Shown here: positions 15,752 through 25,281 of the stretch, one piece after another
Numbering within the stretch: the first letter of the stretch is position 1
Layout of the letters: every line of letters begins with the position of its first letter
Sequence record: NC_134263.1
Direction: 5' to 3' (one strand)
DNA: 64,000 bases
Source: Escherichia phage T5_ev219
Translations under genes and position numbers: made by a program
Notes under the pieces: model-generated
What the model was told of the DNA's origin: nothing
What the model saw: the letters and a program-made list of their open reading frames with translations, nothing else
The model's database searches: none

Positions 15752-16127
15752 CTAACCATCCTATGTCTATACTAAGTAATGCTTTTATTCCTGTAATACC
15801 TGTACCATAAGTATTATATCGAATAGCACTTCTGCTCTTTACTTCAAGTATATTTTCATGCTCTGTATTTTCTAGAATTTCTGTAGATATACCTAAATAT
15901 CCTAATTGATCTTCCTCGTCCCAACCCATATCTTCTAGAAGATTTAGACGTAACTCTACCTTCTCATCTCCATTGCCTACAGAGTAGTAGTCTTCTAAAG
16001 TCCTGAATTTAGAAGTGATAGAGTCTAGTATTAATAATACCTGTTCCTTAGTAACAGTTTCTTTATCACTCTGCAAGTAATTGGAGTAACTCAGAAGGGC
16101 TTGTTCTAATTCAATTTCTTTACTCAT
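15744..16127 (-). CDS. hypothetical protein (start trimmed to MSKEIELEQ)
   Basis: ORF-track start lies inside the promoter; internal ATG at 16125-16127 has RBS AAAGGA. Confidence 0.5.
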   Translation of the reverse strand: MSKEIELEQALLSYSNYLQSDKETVTKEQVLLILDSITSKFRTLEDYYSVGNGDEKVELRLNLLEDMGWDEEDQLGYLGISTEILENTEHENILEVKSRSAIRYNTYGTGITGIKALLSIDIGWLDE

Positions 16128-16157
16128 TTTATTATCCTTTTTGTACTTATTGAGTAT

Positions 16158-16187
16158 ATTATATTTGAAATTGTACTTAATAAGCAA
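16158..16187 (-). promoter_or_regulatory. sigma70-type early promoter
   Basis: ATTATA 16158-16163, AAGCAA 16182-16187. Confidence 0.5.
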
Positions 16188-16194
16188 ATACAAT

Positions 16195-16222
16195 TTCAAA
16201 TATAATAGCCCCGAAGGGCTAT
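16195..16222 (-). terminator. rho-independent terminator after thyA
   Basis: Hairpin TAGCCC-cgaa-GGGCTA with T-rich 3-prime tail on minus strand. Confidence 0.55.
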
Positions 16223-16227
16223 TTAAG

Positions 16228-17067
16228 TTAAGAGGACATTTTAGCTTTAAGAGCTGGGTGAGGATCGTACCCCTCTAAATGGAATGACCAAGCTGCCGTA
16301 TTATTTTCTAGTAAGTCGTAAAGATCTACAAACTCTGGCATTACTAGAGTTGGTAAAGCACGAGGTTTACGTTTTACCTGTTCTTCTACCTGTTCCATAT
16401 GGTCATTATAGATATGAGTATCACCACCACTAAAGATAAGATAACGAGGTTTTAATCCTGTCAGTTTTGCTAATATATGCGTTAATAAAGCATAACTAGC
16501 AATATTGAAAGGTAAACCGAGGAAACAATCTACAGAACGTTGTGTCCATTTAAGATCTAGGTATCCATCGTTACTTACATAACACTGGAAGCCGTAGTGA
16601 CAAGGTGGTAATGCCATTTTATCAAGTTCAGCTACGTTCCACGCAGAAACTAGATGTCTGCGGCCATGAGGATTATTCTTGAGTCCTTCAATAAGTTCTA
16701 GAATCTGATCTCGCCCACCAAAGTTACGCCACTGTTTACCATATACCGGTCCTAGATTACCCTTATCATACCCCATACTTATAGCTTGGTCTTCATAATT
16801 TGGAGTCCAGATGGTCCACTGTCCTTCGTCACGCCCAAATGTGAATACACGTAGATCATGAAGATTTGTGGAACCAGACAAGAACCATAAAAGTTCTCCT
16901 ACTACTGATTTCCAGGCCAGGCGTTTAGTAGTTACAGCCGGGAACCCTTCACGTAGATCGAACTTAGCATAGGAATCAAAAATTGAAACTGTGCCTGTTC
17001 CTGTACGGTCATTACGGGGTTCACCTAATAAAATTACATCTGTCAAAATTTTTAAGTATTGTTGCAT
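16228..17067 (-). CDS. thyA: thymidylate synthase
   Basis: Full-length ThyA signature including catalytic-Cys region ALPPCHYGFQCYV and DGYLDL, C-terminal HLEGYDPHPALKA. Confidence 0.9.
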   Translation of the reverse strand: MQQYLKILTDVILLGEPRNDRTGTGTVSIFDSYAKFDLREGFPAVTTKRLAWKSVVGELLWFLSGSTNLHDLRVFTFGRDEGQWTIWTPNYEDQAISMGYDKGNLGPVYGKQWRNFGGRDQILELIEGLKNNPHGRRHLVSAWNVAELDKMALPPCHYGFQCYVSNDGYLDLKWTQRSVDCFLGLPFNIASYALLTHILAKLTGLKPRYLIFSGGDTHIYNDHMEQVEEQVKRKPRALPTLVMPEFVDLYDLLENNTAAWSFHLEGYDPHPALKAKMSS

Positions 17068-17600
17068 TAATAAGTAACCAATTCCTGTACAAATCGCAGG
17101 CTGTTATCACTGTTTGCGCCAACTGCATAGACTAATCGAGTGGATTCATAGTTATAATCCAGTATCATACTATCTAGGTGTATATCTGCCTCTAGCTTCT
17201 GTTCGCTAAAGATTGTAGATACAAAAGCACTTTCTATATGCCCATGTTGGTACATTTCTAGAAGAAGATTAGCTCCACCTAGAACTACTGTTTGCTGATT
17301 TTTTAGAAAGGTAGGTAGTGTATCACCTATCATTGATATGGGAGTGTAAATATCATGTGTAATATCGTCTGGCAATGGACGATCAGCACGAATAAATAAG
17401 TCAGAAGCTCCAATCATACGTTCCCTAACGGCATATGGAAGAGCTAAATAAGTACCTGCCCCAATAATAATATTATCAGGATTTAGTACATCTAATTGTG
17501 AATAAAAAGCATCTAGTTCTTCTTTAAAAGAACCCCAGGGAAGCTTACCCTGGAGGCCGAACTCCCCATTCGGCCCAACTGCATACATTGCTGTAATCAT
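17067..17600 (-). CDS. frd: dihydrofolate reductase
   Basis: AVGPNGEFGLQGKLPW N-terminal DHFR motif, VVLGGANL; overlaps thyA by 1 nt as in T-even/T5-type thyA-frd pairs. Confidence 0.8.
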   Translation of the reverse strand: MITAMYAVGPNGEFGLQGKLPWGSFKEELDAFYSQLDVLNPDNIIIGAGTYLALPYAVRERMIGASDLFIRADRPLPDDITHDIYTPISMIGDTLPTFLKNQQTVVLGGANLLLEMYQHGHIESAFVSTIFSEQKLEADIHLDSMILDYNYESTRLVYAVGANSDNSLRFVQELVTY

Positions 17601-18742
17601 AGGAAATCTCCAAATTCATTGCCCAGATCTTTCAGAGTATCAGTAGAGGTCTCAGTTACCTGACCTACACGGTAGGCTGCACCAATCTGGATTTCTTGTG
17701 GAGCAGGCTGTAGAGAAGTAGTATCCAACCAGTTCATAATCCACGGAATAGGGTTTTTGGTGATTACTGGTAAATGACCAGGCCATTCTACACCGATGTG
17801 CATAAATGCATTACGCCCCACAAAGTATAGGTATTCTTCTAGAAGTTCTGCATTCAAGCCAATCAGACTACGACCTTTGAAAATGAAATGACCCCATTCA
17901 ATTTCAGTTTTCAGAGTTTTCAAGAGCTGTGCTGGTGCTTTAGCCACTGCTTCATCTACCAGATCTTTGTCAAACTGCTGGAACATGATCTGGATGATTG
18001 CTTTAGACATCTGGGTGTGTAGAGCTTCATCTTTAGCGATTAATTGCAGATTTTTAGCAATACCTTGCAGAATATCGTTCTCTGCTAATGCAAAGGTACA
18101 TGCAAAGGATGCGTAAAACTGCATTGCTTCCAGACCATAGATCGCAAAGTAAGCGTCTAATAGTTTAGCCTGAGTTTCACGTTTAACTTCAGGGAACTCA
18201 GTTTCTGGATATGTATTGTCGCCACGATGATCGCGTACTGCGATGAAATACTGACCTAACTGGTACAGTTCATCGAATAGTTCAACAGAATCAGCGATGC
18301 GCGCGAATGCTTCTTGGTTTTTGGTTACAGAATCAATAAATTCTGCTGGATCAGTCAGCACATTACGAATAATATTACTATATGCACGGCTATGCAGATC
18401 TTCGAAGTAGCTCCACTGCTTGAGCATACCTTCCAATTCTGGGCGACTTACAAGTGGCATAATAGCTGCTTCAGGAGCACGACTGATAAAGGAATCAGTT
18501 TGAGTTTGCCATGCTAAGTTCAGGAGTGTAATTTCCTGAATTTCTCGTGGGAGATTAGGCCATTGTTTCTTATCTGCTTCCAGACTGATTTCAGTTTCAG
18601 TCCAAAATTGAGAGCGTTGCAGAAGTGCCAGACGTTCTAGTTCTGGATGTGCTACACGTACATAATCTGCGATACCGAGAGAATCTCCCAGGAAAAGGTC
18701 AGCGTTAGTATGATCCCAATTCAGGTTTAATAAAGTAGTCAT
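17597..18742 (-). CDS. nrdB: ribonucleotide reductase class Ia small subunit
   Basis: Di-iron/tyrosyl radical motifs (KDEALHT region, FACTFALAEN). Confidence 0.85.
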   Translation of the reverse strand: MTTLLNLNWDHTNADLFLGDSLGIADYVRVAHPELERLALLQRSQFWTETEISLEADKKQWPNLPREIQEITLLNLAWQTQTDSFISRAPEAAIMPLVSRPELEGMLKQWSYFEDLHSRAYSNIIRNVLTDPAEFIDSVTKNQEAFARIADSVELFDELYQLGQYFIAVRDHRGDNTYPETEFPEVKRETQAKLLDAYFAIYGLEAMQFYASFACTFALAENDILQGIAKNLQLIAKDEALHTQMSKAIIQIMFQQFDKDLVDEAVAKAPAQLLKTLKTEIEWGHFIFKGRSLIGLNAELLEEYLYFVGRNAFMHIGVEWPGHLPVITKNPIPWIMNWLDTTSLQPAPQEIQIGAAYRVGQVTETSTDTLKDLGNEFGDFL

Positions 18743-18772
18743 TGATTTTCCTCTTTCTCACTATTTCAGGAA

Positions 18773-18801
18773 TATTATAGCAAATCTGGTAGTGATTAGC
18801 A
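18773..18801 (-). promoter_or_regulatory. sigma70-type early promoter for nrdB-frd-thyA
   Basis: ATTATA 18773-18778, TAGCAA 18796-18801, 17-bp spacer. Confidence 0.6.
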
Positions 18802-18811
18802 AGTAAAATTT

Positions 18812-18848
18812 CAAAGAAAAAGGAGACCCGAAGATCTCCTTGTTTTTA
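18812..18848 (-). terminator. rho-independent terminator after nrdA
   Basis: Hairpin AAGGAGATC-ttcg-GGTCTCCTT flanked by T runs on both strands. Confidence 0.55.
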
Positions 18849-21179
18849 TTATAACTGGCAACCACCAGAAGCACAACCCGCTGCTTCTTCACCAGCTCCT
18901 CCACCATTCGCAGTGTTAAAGTTAGCATAATACCAAGTTTTTATACCGTACTTAACAGCAGTCATGAAATCACGAACTACTACTGGGCCAGGGATGATTT
19001 CATTCTCGAATTTAGAGTAATCATAATACATCTGGAAACTTGATGACTGATTCAAGAATTTTTGGTAAACGGCGTTCCACTTGATCCACTCAGTGCGATC
19101 AATATCATAGGCCAGTTTATAGCTCATGAGAGTATCCCAATCAGTTGCACCTGGAGCAATTGCAATTACTTTATTCACTGCACTACCCTTGATAGATACA
19201 ATCTTACGAGGTGGTTCAATAGAGTTAGTAACCCCTAACAGAACGGAAGAACTTTCTCCTGGCATCTGCGCAGTCAGAACAGAGTTACGCATACCGTATT
19301 TCAGAATATCTGCACGCAGAGATTCCCAATCCATTTCTAGACCTACGGATACCAGCTCATCAACAGTTTTCTTATACGTGTCGATTACCAGAGTTCCTTT
19401 AGATGGTTTAGTACGATCGAACCATTCACATGCACCTTGCTCTTTGGCTAGACGTACAGAGGCTTTATGCAGGAAGTAAGACAGTTTTTCAGCTTCACGA
19501 TGGATCCAGTTACGTGCTTCAATACCTTCGTAAGCCAGACCTTCTGCTGCCATTGCACCTGCTGCGTTCATAAGGCCAATACCAACGTTACGACGTTTCT
19601 TAGCTGTGTATTCCATAGTTGGGAACGGATAGTCCTGAATTTCAATGATGGTATCAACGAATTTCAGAAGAATATAGCAAGTCTTTTCCCACTCAGCCAG
19701 AGATTCCATGCGTCCAAGTACAACACCACCTAAGTTACACAGAGATACTTCACCAATATCCTCCGGCTTCATTTGATCAAGTTGTTCTTTCGTTTTATAC
19801 AGTTCCGTGATATGATGGAACGGGCGTGTAGGCTGAGTAATTTCAACACAAAGGTTTGTCATACGGATCGGATCAAGGAAGTTACCGTGACGATTAGATT
19901 CCCCGATGTGGTGAGCATACATACGTCCTGTTTCCATTCGGATACGTAGCCAAGTATCTAGGATTTCTTTTGCAGAGACTTTAGGAGCTGCTGGAACTGT
20001 TTTTCCTTCGTGGTCGATCTTTGTAAGAGATGCCACACGTTTCTCCGCTGCCACATAGATTTCTTCAAATTTAGCCTCGTCATCACTATAAAACGCTTCA
20101 TGAACTTCTGGAGCATAGAAGTATGACATTAGCGTAATATCTTCATTTTTCAGATAACGTTTTAACAAAAGATTGTTGAAGCTCAGAGAATAATCCATCT
20201 TATCGATTTTATTCTCATCTGTAGCACGTTGCTGCTTAACCTGCATCAATTGAATGATTTCAGGGTCAAAGTATGGATAAGACACTGTAGCAGAACCACC
20301 ACGAGTTTGCTGAGTATTGGCCTTTACTGAGCGGTCAATGTGTCGATAATATGGCAGTTTTCCGGAATGCGGGAATGCCCCATTTCGCACCGGATCAGCA
20401 ATTGATCGGCTTTCAAGATGATACCCGATTCCCGCTCTGGCTGCGACCATTTTGAAGACGATGTGCTCGGCTGTGTCGATTGAATCCAATGTGTCAGTGG
20501 AATCCACGAGGCAACAACTAGCAAATCCACGATCACTAGAGCGCAAGCCAACCAATGGCGGCGTAGGAATGTTGATTTTGTGTAGCGACATTGCGTTGTA
20601 GAGGTCGATTGCATCTAGAATTGTCCAATTAGGTTGAGATAACATCGCCATTGCCATACCCATATAGGCGAATTGCGGGGTTTCGTAAATTTCGCCAGTT
20701 GCGATATTACGACGGGAATACTTATCAAAGAATTGTTTCAATCCTCCGCTAGTGAAAAGACGGTCGCGATCATGGTCGATAACCTGATTCAGAGCTTCAA
20801 ATTGCTCATCGGTAATCCATGCACTCATGTCTTCCCATGCACCTACACTAACCATATGATCGTGGAAGAAGCGTAGAGAAGGTGGTTCGAAGGAATCATA
20901 AAGGCGTTTACGCATTTGCGCAAGACGTAATTCCTTTGCTGGCACGTCGTATGCTGGATTATCTTTGATAAGACTTTCAGCAGCCTTAATTAAAGCATCC
21001 ATCAGAGTGTCGGAATCTACAACCCCTTTAGGCAGAGTTTTTTGAGCAGCCATAGTAATGGCAGACCAACTTACATCAACTGTTTTGCAACCATACTCTG
21101 CCCAACCATTGAGTTTTTCAGGAGCAAAGTCTTCTACAGTACCGTCACGTTTAATTACTTTTTCAATGCGATGGCTCAT
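18849..21179 (-). CDS. nrdA: ribonucleotide reductase class Ia large subunit
   Basis: ATP-cone N-terminus, catalytic CNLG and C-terminal CxxC tail; start trimmed to MSHRIEKV (RBS AAAAAGGAAAG) because the ORF-track start is upstream of promoter 21218-21246. Confidence 0.85.
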   Translation of the reverse strand: MSHRIEKVIKRDGTVEDFAPEKLNGWAEYGCKTVDVSWSAITMAAQKTLPKGVVDSDTLMDALIKAAESLIKDNPAYDVPAKELRLAQMRKRLYDSFEPPSLRFFHDHMVSVGAWEDMSAWITDEQFEALNQVIDHDRDRLFTSGGLKQFFDKYSRRNIATGEIYETPQFAYMGMAMAMLSQPNWTILDAIDLYNAMSLHKINIPTPPLVGLRSSDRGFASCCLVDSTDTLDSIDTAEHIVFKMVAARAGIGYHLESRSIADPVRNGAFPHSGKLPYYRHIDRSVKANTQQTRGGSATVSYPYFDPEIIQLMQVKQQRATDENKIDKMDYSLSFNNLLLKRYLKNEDITLMSYFYAPEVHEAFYSDDEAKFEEIYVAAEKRVASLTKIDHEGKTVPAAPKVSAKEILDTWLRIRMETGRMYAHHIGESNRHGNFLDPIRMTNLCVEITQPTRPFHHITELYKTKEQLDQMKPEDIGEVSLCNLGGVVLGRMESLAEWEKTCYILLKFVDTIIEIQDYPFPTMEYTAKKRRNVGIGLMNAAGAMAAEGLAYEGIEARNWIHREAEKLSYFLHKASVRLAKEQGACEWFDRTKPSKGTLVIDTYKKTVDELVSVGLEMDWESLRADILKYGMRNSVLTAQMPGESSSVLLGVTNSIEPPRKIVSIKGSAVNKVIAIAPGATDWDTLMSYKLAYDIDRTEWIKWNAVYQKFLNQSSSFQMYYDYSKFENEIIPGPVVVRDFMTAVKYGIKTWYYANFNTANGGGAGEEAAGCASGGCQL

Positions 21180-21217
21180 TTGGCTTTCCTTTTTATAGTT
21201 ATCAGGATTTAAGGAAT

Positions 21218-21246
21218 ATTCTACTTTATTATTGGTCATTAGGCAA
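21218..21246 (-). promoter_or_regulatory. sigma70-type promoter for nrdA
   Basis: -10 rc ATTCTA 21218-21223 (TAGAAT), -35 rc AGGCAA 21241-21246, 17-bp spacer. Confidence 0.5.
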
Positions 21247-21300
21247 ATAAAATTTTCTGATAGAAAAGGCCCGAGTATTTTCATACCCAGGCCTTATGTA

Positions 21301-21543
21301 TTACCAGTCTAGCTTTTTAGCTTGTTCAATTACTTTAGCTCTAGCTACTTCTTTTAATAGAATATCTATGGAAGTGCTTAACTCATTATAGTTGAACGGT
21401 TTATTTGGATTTGAGGTTATAATTTTCCACGCTAGGGTTGTCTTAGGACTTTCTTCCCCTTCCTTACGTGTAATCATATTAGCAGCACTCAGTGAAGTAC
21501 GATGTATTTTAGTTTTACGGTGTAGATGTACGACGTTTCCCAT
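21301..21543 (-). CDS. hypothetical protein (81 aa)
   Basis: Start ATG overlaps phoH stop (TAATATG). Confidence 0.45.
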   Translation of the reverse strand: MGNVVHLHRKTKIHRTSLSAANMITRKEGEESPKTTLAWKIITSNPNKPFNYNELSTSIDILLKEVARAKVIEQAKKLDW

Positions 21544-21544
21544 A

Positions 21545-22306
21545 TTACACCTTCCCCATGTCTTTAAAAATATCGTAGAATGCTTTAGACTCAACAGAAC
21601 GAACGTTATCAATTAATTCGATCATTGAGAACGGAGCATTTTCATATTTCTCATAGACTTCCATAAGGAGTGCTAGACCTGAGTCACCTTTAATGTCTTT
21701 CTGAGCTATATCTCCGCAGATAATTAAACGGCAGTCTTGTCCTACACGAGTTAGGAGACAAATCATTGCCTCAACGGAAATATTCTGAGCTTCATCGACA
21801 ATTACATAGGAGTTGTTGAAAGTTCTGCCACGAGCATGTTCTACAGCCAAAAATTTAATTTTCTGACGTTCGACATATCCCTTATAGGCATGATCACCGA
21901 TGGCCCATTTCATACCATCAGCTATTGGCTCTAACCAAGGCTCTAGCTTTTCCGCTAGATCACCAGGAAGCATACCAAGAGACTTACCTAGAGGTTCATT
22001 AGGACGTACGAGGATCACTTGCTCAATATCTGAGTGAATGTCTACGAGTTCCTGAGCTGCAAGAACAGACGGAATAAAGGTTTTACCTGTACCTGGCTCA
22101 CCAATACCCACAGTCACTGTGTTGTTCTTGATCATATTGATATATGATTTTTGCTCGCGGTTTTTACCTACTAGGGATTTAGCAACTGGGTTAGCGTAAT
22201 CATTAGAAAAATCAGCCTGAATTACGTTATTCTCATACTTGTTGCCACGCTTTCTTGAACCATTGCGGTTCTCTCTTTTTTGACGTGCTTTTCCCATAAA
22301 TAACAC
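21545..22306 (-). CDS. phoH: PhoH-like ATPase
   Basis: Walker A GEPGTGKT, Walker B VIVDEAQN. Confidence 0.85.
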   Translation of the reverse strand: MLFMGKARQKRENRNGSRKRGNKYENNVIQADFSNDYANPVAKSLVGKNREQKSYINMIKNNTVTVGIGEPGTGKTFIPSVLAAQELVDIHSDIEQVILVRPNEPLGKSLGMLPGDLAEKLEPWLEPIADGMKWAIGDHAYKGYVERQKIKFLAVEHARGRTFNNSYVIVDEAQNISVEAMICLLTRVGQDCRLIICGDIAQKDIKGDSGLALLMEVYEKYENAPFSMIELIDNVRSVESKAFYDIFKDMGKV

Positions 22307-22370
22307 TCCTATAGTGTACTTCGCTAACAGAGGATCAACAAAAAGATCTTGTTTATCAACTTACAAATAT

Positions 22371-22399
22371 ATTATACCAATATATACAGTAAAAAGCAA
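22371..22399 (-). promoter_or_regulatory. sigma70-type early promoter for phoH (divergent from nrdD promoters)
   Basis: ATTATA 22371-22376, AAGCAA 22394-22399, 17-bp spacer. Confidence 0.6.
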
Positions 22400-22591
22400 C
22401 TACAATTTTAAATAAGCCTATGATATTGCATTTAAATAAAAAATTTGCTTGCTTTTAACGTGAGATGTGTGATACTAGATAATCATTTTATATCGCGTGC
22501 ACGAGTGCGTGATTATACAATTTTTAATAGAGATTGGCAAATAAAATTTTTTGACTCAGATCATGTTACAGAACTTTATAGTAAAATATTG

Positions 22592-22620
22592 TTGACATCC
22601 GCCCTCGAATGAGTTATAAT
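22592..22620 (+). promoter_or_regulatory. consensus sigma70 promoter for nrdD operon
   Basis: Perfect TTGACA 22592-22597, 17-bp spacer, perfect TATAAT 22615-22620; further promoter-like sites at 22449-22476. Confidence 0.7.
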
Positions 22621-22649
22621 AGTAGTCTTAGTTAGAGAAGGAGAGTATA

Positions 22650-24524
22650 ATGAATCGCAATGAAGAACTAAAGTATAAAGAAATGCAGGCGTTAATTAGA
22701 AACTGCAAAGAGATTATCGAAGGGTCAGCAGATGAAGAGCTGCTGTTTAATAATGCCAATAAACCCTCAGAACGTTTCCCTACACAAAGGGATATGCTTG
22801 CAGGTGAATTGAGTAAGTATCTGATTCTAGAAGAAATGCCAATTCAGATTCGAAATGCTCATATGATTGGGGATATTCATTTCCATGATGCTGATTATGC
22901 TGCATTAGGTATGACTAACTGTTGTCTGGTAGCTTTGGAAGATATGTTGAAGAATGGTATGAAGGTTGGTAATGCTGAAATTAGCACTCCAAACTCTATC
23001 ACTACTGCGGCGGCTATTACTGCTCAGATTATCACTCAGGTTAGCTCCCACCAGTATGGTGGTACTTCTGTAGATCGTCTTGATGAAGTATTGGCTCCTT
23101 ATGTTCGTAAGTCTTATGATAAGAATCATGCGTTTGCAAAACGTTGGACTAAGGATGAAGCCAAAGCATCAGTAATGGCTACTGAGATGACTGAAAAAGA
23201 AGTCTATGATGCTTGTCAGGGTCTAGAGTATGAAATCAATACGATGTTCAACTCTAATGGTCAGAGTCCATTTATTACCTTTGGTTTTGGTCTAGGAACT
23301 TCTTGGGAAGCACGTCTAGTACAGAAAGCAATACTGAAAGTACGTATGGATGGTTTAGGTATCAATAAACGTACAGCTATCTTTCCGAAACTGGTGTTTG
23401 TTCTGCGTGATGGCGTAAATATGAAGCCAGGAGATGTTAATTATGACGTCAAGAAGTTAGCTATGAAATGTACTGCTGAACGTATGTATCCAGATTATAT
23501 CAGCTATGATAAGGTTGTGGAAGTTACTGGGGACTATAAAGTTTCTATGGGCTGCCGTTCATTCCTAGCTGCTACAGAAGATGGTGAAACTGCCGGTCGT
23601 AATAACTTAGGTGTTGTTTCTGTAAACTTGCCTAGAATTGCTATCGAAGCTGAAGGAAATATTGACCTATTCTTTGATTTGCTTGAGCTACGTGTAGATA
23701 CAGCATTAAAAGCGTTGGAGTGGAGAGTTGATCGCTTAAAATACATTCAAGCTAAAGCTGCACCCATCCTCTATATGTCAGGAGCCTTTGGGTTACGCTT
23801 GGAGCCTGATGAATATGTATTCGATCATTTCTATAACCGTGCTTCTGTATCTCTAGGGTATATTGGTTGCCATGAAATGCTACAGTTCATGTTTGGCAAA
23901 GATGTAGACACAATGTCCGAGACCTGCATCAAGTTTGTTCAGCGTGTATTGCAGTACATGCGGGATAGAGTCGATCAGAAGAAGGAAGAAACTAAGTTAG
24001 GTTATAGCCTGTATGCTACACCATCAGAATCCCTATGTGATCGTTTTTGTCGTCTAGACCGTGAATATTTCCCGGAGCATGAAGATATTCTGTCTAAAGG
24101 ATACTACACTAACTCGCACCACCTTGATGTAGAACGCAAAGTTGCTCCCAATGTGAAATTTGATTATGAATCTAATTTTACTCCGATTGCTTCTGGTGGG
24201 TGCATTTCCTATGTAGAACTACCAGATATGAAACGATTCCCAGATGCACTGGAATGGGTTATTAATTATGCTGCTAGTAAAGTTCATTACTTCGGTATTA
24301 ATACTCCAGTGGATTCTTGTAGTAAATGTGGATTCTTAGGTGAAACAATAGCATCCGAAGATGGATTTAAGTGCCCTATCTGTGGTAATCATGACCCCGA
24401 AACTCTTGAAGTAACTCGTCGAGTTTGTGGGTATCTTGGAAATCCGGGTGCTCGTCCATTTAACCCCGGCAAACAGCACGAGGTGATGGGCAGAGTGAAA
24501 CATCAGGATATTCGAGCTAAATAA
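22650..24524 (+). CDS. nrdD: anaerobic ribonucleoside-triphosphate reductase (class III)
   Basis: C-terminal Zn site CSKCG...CPICG and glycyl-radical motif RVCGYLG; RBS GAGAAGGAG. Confidence 0.9.
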   Translation: MNRNEELKYKEMQALIRNCKEIIEGSADEELLFNNANKPSERFPTQRDMLAGELSKYLILEEMPIQIRNAHMIGDIHFHDADYAALGMTNCCLVALEDMLKNGMKVGNAEISTPNSITTAAAITAQIITQVSSHQYGGTSVDRLDEVLAPYVRKSYDKNHAFAKRWTKDEAKASVMATEMTEKEVYDACQGLEYEINTMFNSNGQSPFITFGFGLGTSWEARLVQKAILKVRMDGLGINKRTAIFPKLVFVLRDGVNMKPGDVNYDVKKLAMKCTAERMYPDYISYDKVVEVTGDYKVSMGCRSFLAATEDGETAGRNNLGVVSVNLPRIAIEAEGNIDLFFDLLELRVDTALKALEWRVDRLKYIQAKAAPILYMSGAFGLRLEPDEYVFDHFYNRASVSLGYIGCHEMLQFMFGKDVDTMSETCIKFVQRVLQYMRDRVDQKKEETKLGYSLYATPSESLCDRFCRLDREYFPEHEDILSKGYYTNSHHLDVERKVAPNVKFDYESNFTPIASGGCISYVELPDMKRFPDALEWVINYAASKVHYFGINTPVDSCSKCGFLGETIASEDGFKCPICGNHDPETLEVTRRVCGYLGNPGARPFNPGKQHEVMGRVKHQDIRAK

Positions 24525-24566
24525 GCTAATCAGCCGGGTTGCTAGTCGACCTGGCTTTTATTTTAT

Positions 24567-24595
24567 TTGCTTTCAGCCAAAAATTTATATATAAT
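24567..24595 (+). promoter_or_regulatory. sigma70-type early promoter (plus strand class with ATAAATTTGAGAGGAG leader)
   Basis: TTGCTT 24567-24572, 17-bp spacer, TATAAT 24590-24595. Confidence 0.6.
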
Positions 24596-24623
24596 AGATT
24601 TATAAATTTGAGAGGAGAAAGCT

Positions 24624-24905
24624 ATGAGCGAGTTGCTTCCTAAAGTAGATGTCTCCCATCTTGGAGAGCCTAGTGAAGAACGTAAGGCTCTAGATTGGTT
24701 GGGTGGATTTGATTATCGTCGTGTTGTTGCAACATGGAATGTTAAGAAAGTTAAGAAGTTTCGGGTACATTATGTAGGTAAAGACAAGTGGCTCTGGATT
24801 GATTATGAAGAATCAAAGGGGTCTACTAAGGCTGTGAAAATTTATCGTATGTATGGGTATTATTATGCTCACTGTGACAAGAATGAATTTACAGTACAGA
24901 ACTAA
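24624..24905 (+). CDS. hypothetical protein (93 aa)
   Basis: ORF with RBS GAGAGGAGAAAG. Confidence 0.55.
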   Translation: MSELLPKVDVSHLGEPSEERKALDWLGGFDYRRVVATWNVKKVKKFRVHYVGKDKWLWIDYEESKGSTKAVKIYRMYGYYYAHCDKNEFTVQN

Positions 24906-24914
24906 GGAACAAGA

Positions 24915-25118
24915 ATGAAAAACGTAAAACATCTTAAATATCGCTTAATTTACAACGGACGTATGGAAACAGAAGACCTGGCCCAGTTAGCTATTAATTC
25001 TAATGAGGTTACAGTGCGTGCGCTGGCAATTGAAAAGTTGCGTGCTTCTTATGAAAATCGTGTTATGGAACTAGAGGAGAAACTTTATGGACTTCTTGAA
25101 TCAGAATCTAAAAAGTAA
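24915..25118 (+). CDS. hypothetical protein (67 aa)
   Basis: ORF, RBS AAGGAACAAG. Confidence 0.45.
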   Translation: MKNVKHLKYRLIYNGRMETEDLAQLAINSNEVTVRALAIEKLRASYENRVMELEEKLYGLLESESKK

Positions 25119-25281
25119 TCCAGAAAACATACTTATTGAGCAATGGAACTTTGGTTATAATGCTGGTGTAGCTACTTGTATTGCTAGATTGGATATGCTT
25201 ATTAAGCAAGAAAAGGTGCGTCCGGAGGAAGCAATTTTACTCCGAAATATTATCGAAGGATTTAAGCAAGGAATCGTATAG
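25087..25281 (+). CDS. hypothetical protein (64 aa)
   Basis: ORF overlapping neighbours at both ends. Confidence 0.4.
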   Translation: MDFLNQNLKSNPENILIEQWNFGYNAGVATCIARLDMLIKQEKVRPEEAILLRNIIEGFKQGIV

